A stretch of DNA of 10,235 bases, from positions 1 through 10,235 of the forward strand of contig BTVV01000177.1 of NCBI GenBank assembly GCA_045863855.1. Direction: 5' to 3'. A program made the translations under genes and the position numbers. The notes under the pieces were generated by a model. The model worked only from the letters and a program-made list of their open reading frames with translations. It was not told the DNA's origin and searched no databases. Source of the stretch: Planctomycetota bacterium. Its GTDB lineage: Bacteria > Planctomycetota > SZUA-567 > H5-PLA8. This document shows positions 6,952 through 10,235 of this stretch, piece by piece; within the stretch, counting starts at the first letter, position 1; each line of letters begins with the position of its first letter.

Positions 6952-9315
6952 ATGTCCTCGAATTCCACAGGTCAAACAGCCGACCAGGATAGTGGGGAGT
7001 CGGTGGACGAACGCTTGATCGCCATGGCGCAGATCGCGGGCTTGGTCAGCGACGCACAGGTCGCCGAAGCCGAGGGACTTTGCGAACGGCTCAAGGCCGA
7101 AGGCGTTGTTATGACGCTTTCCGAAGCGCTTATTAAAAAGGGGCATCTCAGCTCCGGCCAGTTGGCAGAATTGGACAAGAAGCGCCGGACCGAACAGTTT
7201 GCCGAATCCATTCCGGGTTACCGCATGATGGAGCGCCTGGGCGCCGGAGCCATGGGCTCCGTATTCAAAGCCTACCAGAAAAGCATGGATCGCACCGTCG
7301 CGATTAAAATCCTCAATCCGAACTTGGCCGGCAAACCGGGCTTTGCGGAGCGATTTCGCCGAGAGGCTCACGCTTCGGCCAAGATTTCGCACTCCCATAT
7401 CATTGCCGGTCTCGACGTCGGCGAATCCAACGGTCTCAATTATTTCGTCATGGAGTTCGTCGATGGGGAGCCGCTCAGTGCCCGCCTGTCGAGCGGGAAC
7501 CTGGTCGGCATCGACGAAGGCGTCCACCTCGCTCAGCAGTTGGCTTCAGCGCTTCTCGCGATCGAGCAAGCCGGGATGGTTCACCGCGACCTCAAGCCCG
7601 CCAATATCATGGTGAACTCGAAGGGTGTGGCCAAAATCTGCGATTTGGGTCTCAGCAAACTGACATCCGAAGACAGCAGCCTGACGCAATCCGGATATGC
7701 TCTTGGTACGCCCTTTTACGTGGCTCCGGAGCAAGCCCGCGGCGACAAAGATATCGATGCGCGCGCCGACCAATACGCGCTGGGCGCCACGCTTTACCAC
7801 CTGTTCACGGGGAAGCCGCTTTTCACGGGCGAGACCGCGGCGGCCACCATGACCGCGCATGTCGTCCAGACCGCCGTGCATCCGCAATCGCTTCGACCGG
7901 ATTTGCCCAACGGAGTGGTGGCCATATTGCGCAAGATGTGCGCCAAGCAGCCGACTCACCGCTACAACGGCGCCGCAGCCCTGATCCAGGACCTCGAGGA
8001 CTTCAAGCAGGGGCGTCCGGTATCGGCCTTCTTATTTCAGGAACCCAGCAGCATTCCGCCCGGCTTCGTCCAGGCTGGCGTCGATGCCGACTTGGCCATC
8101 GCTGCTCCACTGCACGCAGCCGCGCCTGCGCCTGCGCCTTCCGGCGGAAAAACGACTCGTATTCCGGCTGGCCGCGGTGCGACGTCCCGCCATGCGCCGG
8201 TACCCGACGGGCTGGCGCCGCTTCCGCGCCCACGCCGACGAGGCGAACGCTCCGCCGAATCGAAATCGCATAAGGCCGGTCTAATCATTGGCGGGGCGAT
8301 TTTCGCCTTGGTTGCGGTGGCCGGTCTCCTGGTCTACTTGACTTCCAAAGGAATGGACGAAGCTCAAGAAGCGCATAAGCGGCCGGAACTTAAGCCTCCG
8401 CCGCTTCCTGCCCCGCCCTCGACGAGCACTCCGCCGGCCGCGAAGACTCGAACGGTGCCTAAGCCTCCGCCCGAACGAACCCGACCGCCTGCCACTTCGT
8501 CTATGCCAGGTAGTTCGAGGGAATTGCCCAAGGTGACGCCACCGGGTCAGCCTGAGGCTCAGGACCAGGCTACGCAAACCGAAGCGAATCCATCCGTCAC
8601 CGCACCCGAGGGGGATCTGTCCGCGCCGAACGAGGAATCGGTGACGCAGCCACCGCCCGCGACCGATCCCGAACCGGAAGCGCCGACCTCTGAAACGGCC
8701 CAGCCGGCCGCAGCGCCCGAACTGAACACCGAGCCTGCGGCTGCGTCCCCCGAGCCCGCGCCGGCCAATCCGGCGGCGGTCGAGACACCTCTCAAGCAGC
8801 AAGCCGGTCCATGGCTATATGCCTTCGATCACCCGACGGAGCTTACGGACTGGACTGCACTCGACGACGGCTGGCTTGTGGCGCAAGGCGCGCTGATTTC
8901 CGAGTCCAAGGGATTAATCCAAGGCTTAGTTTGGAATCGGGAGTTGGAAGGCGATGTAACCGTTTCGTTCAGCGGGTATACGCGCAGCGACTTGGGCATT
9001 GGATTTTCCGATGCGGAACGAAACGACCGCCAGGACAGGATCGTCATCGGCGGATCCACCGGGAATCGCGTTGGCATTGCCGGAAAAGACAAGGCCGCCA
9101 TCGTCTGGAAGCAGCACCACATCGCCGACGGGCAGCGCCACGAGATCGTCGTGCGCAGGTCGGCGGGAAAGATTTCGGTGTCGGTAGATGGGAAAGAGCT
9201 CGCATCCGCCGATCCCGCCACCCTGCACGGCGCGAAACGATTCAAGGTGGTCCTGTACTTCTGGGAAGCCGGCGGCGTGATCGAAGACCTGAAAATTGAA
9301 GCGGCGGCGCCTTGA
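6952..9315 (+). CDS. Membrane-anchored Hanks-type Ser/Thr protein kinase with Pro-rich linker and C-terminal beta-rich (ConA/LamG- or DUF1080-like) domain
   Basis: Kinase motifs LGAGAMGSV, VAIK, HRDLKPAN, DLG, GTPFYVAPE and DQYALG (about 7219-8000). TM helix GLIIGGAIFALVAVAGLLVYL (about 8278-8340), Pro/Ala/Glu-rich linker, then a beta-strand-patterned C-terminus (the fold call is inference). Confidence 0.96.
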   Translation: MSSNSTGQTADQDSGESVDERLIAMAQIAGLVSDAQVAEAEGLCERLKAEGVVMTLSEALIKKGHLSSGQLAELDKKRRTEQFAESIPGYRMMERLGAGAMGSVFKAYQKSMDRTVAIKILNPNLAGKPGFAERFRREAHASAKISHSHIIAGLDVGESNGLNYFVMEFVDGEPLSARLSSGNLVGIDEGVHLAQQLASALLAIEQAGMVHRDLKPANIMVNSKGVAKICDLGLSKLTSEDSSLTQSGYALGTPFYVAPEQARGDKDIDARADQYALGATLYHLFTGKPLFTGETAAATMTAHVVQTAVHPQSLRPDLPNGVVAILRKMCAKQPTHRYNGAAALIQDLEDFKQGRPVSAFLFQEPSSIPPGFVQAGVDADLAIAAPLHAAAPAPAPSGGKTTRIPAGRGATSRHAPVPDGLAPLPRPRRRGERSAESKSHKAGLIIGGAIFALVAVAGLLVYLTSKGMDEAQEAHKRPELKPPPLPAPPSTSTPPAAKTRTVPKPPPERTRPPATSSMPGSSRELPKVTPPGQPEAQDQATQTEANPSVTAPEGDLSAPNEESVTQPPPATDPEPEAPTSETAQPAAAPELNTEPAAASPEPAPANPAAVETPLKQQAGPWLYAFDHPTELTDWTALDDGWLVAQGALISESKGLIQGLVWNRELEGDVTVSFSGYTRSDLGIGFSDAERNDRQDRIVIGGSTGNRVGIAGKDKAAIVWKQHHIADGQRHEIVVRRSAGKISVSVDGKELASADPATLHGAKRFKVVLYFWEAGGVIEDLKIEAAAP

Positions 9316-9370
9316 ACGCGGCGCTACGCGGAACGGGGCGAGCATGTATGCGAATCGTCAGGAGCAAGCC

Positions 9371-10235
9371 ATGAACCACGACGGAGGGTCGCGTCTCGCC
9401 TGCCTCGCCTTTGCAGCACTGTGTTGGGCAGTGCCGGTTGCCGCTGCGGTATCCGAAGCCGTGCCGCTAGCGGCCGACCTTAAGAAGTCCGAGGCCGATA
9501 TTCGTGAACTTTTCCGCGAGGAATTCAAGGAGACGGCGCCCGACGCCAAGGCCGCGCTTGCCGAGAAGCTCCTGGAGCAGGCCGAGAAAATCACGGACGA
9601 CCTCCCCGCGCAATACAGCCTTTATGCGCTGGCATCCGAGACGGCCGCGGAGTCCGGAAAAATCGCGGTCTCCATGCGAGCGCTTGACCGGCTCGCCGCG
9701 CGCTTCTGTATCTCCGTTCTTGATCTTAAGCTCGGCGTCCTGGAGGACGCCTCCAAAATCGCGCGCGCTCCAGAACCGCTCGCGGAACTCGCCCGCGCCG
9801 GACTGGCATTGGCGCAGGAAGCCGCGAAGGCGGACCGATTCGAGACCGCCTTGCGCGCCGTGGATGACGCGCAGCGCCACGCGAGACTCGCGCGCGACGC
9901 GAACCTGCAGACTGAAACGGCACAGGCCGCCAAACGCATCCGAGATTCCGAGCGCGCGTTCCAGCCCGTGGCGGAAGCTCGGGACAAGTTGCTTCTTGCA
10001 CCCGACCACCCCGACGCCAACGGCGTCGCGGGACGCTACTACTTCGCCGCAGGACAAATGCAACGCGCGCTCATTCTTCTCTCGCGTTGCTCCGACAAAG
10101 CCTGGAACGAACTGGCAAAAGCGGATCTGGCCGATCCGAAGCAGCCCTCGGCGCGAATGGAACTCGCCGAACGCTGGACGACCACAAGCGAACAACTCAA
10201 GGATGCGGAACTACAGGCCGCTAAAGTCCGCGCGG
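9371..10235 (+). CDS. Secreted alpha-helical (solenoid/TPR-like) hypothetical protein, partial (runs off window)
   Basis: Absent from the ORF track because it has no stop. AGGAG at 9360-9364, ATG 9371, open for 288 codons. It begins MNHDGGSRLACLAFAALCWAVPVAAA (signal-peptide-like), then EADIRELFREEFK...AKAALAEKLLEQA...DDLPAQYSLYALA...PDHPDANGVAGRYYF. Confidence 0.88.
   Translation, partial: MNHDGGSRLACLAFAALCWAVPVAAAVSEAVPLAADLKKSEADIRELFREEFKETAPDAKAALAEKLLEQAEKITDDLPAQYSLYALASETAAESGKIAVSMRALDRLAARFCISVLDLKLGVLEDASKIARAPEPLAELARAGLALAQEAAKADRFETALRAVDDAQRHARLARDANLQTETAQAAKRIRDSERAFQPVAEARDKLLLAPDHPDANGVAGRYYFAAGQMQRALILLSRCSDKAWNELAKADLADPKQPSARMELAERWTTTSEQLKDAELQAAKVRA

Noticed and set aside
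7639..7650. DLG instead of DFG as a sign of a pseudokinase
   Set aside because: The Mg-binding Asp, the VAIK Lys and the HRD Asp are all intact. DLG is a tolerated variant.
9358..10195. Minus-strand ORFs (78-242 aa) at the window end
   Set aside because: They are antisense shadows of the plus-strand gene starting at 9371, which has an RBS and a signal peptide.
1..10235. CRISPR array, tRNA/rRNA, reverse transcriptase or DGR repeats
   Set aside because: No regularly spaced repeats, no cloverleaf or rRNA-like sequence, no RT motif and no long TR/VR pair were seen by eye.

Overview
A mosaic accessory region, probably from a Planctomycetota-like bacterium. That assignment is an inference from the multidomain Hanks kinase, an FSLR-type membrane motif and a secreted all-helical protein. 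Left to right: (i) the possible 3' tail of an upstream gene, then an AT-rich spacer with a perfect 12-bp inverted repeat (lox-like geometry) inside a GTATAC cluster; (ii) a visibly lower-GC gene for a 4-TM protein with about 10 ankyrin repeats; (iii) the right half of an IS3-family element, with its terminal IR, a long hairpin-forming non-coding tail and a decayed transposase C-terminus; (iv) a 56-aa stand-alone HTH gene that the ORF track shows only as the tail of a longer ORF; (v) a 288-aa membrane protein; (vi) a high-GC mutagenesis module, with umuDC divergent from an SRAP (YedK/HMCES) gene, followed by an apparently frameshifted excisionase-type HTH/pseudo-receiver gene; (vii) an AT-rich promoter region, a membrane Ser/Thr kinase, and a secreted helical protein that runs off the window end. 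The core systems (umuDC, SRAP, kinase) are known families. The less explained elements are the lox-like palindrome, the structured IS3 tail and the HTH/pseudo-receiver next to a umuDC-SRAP cassette with no recognisable LexA box. I cannot demonstrate a wholly new system from sequence alone.
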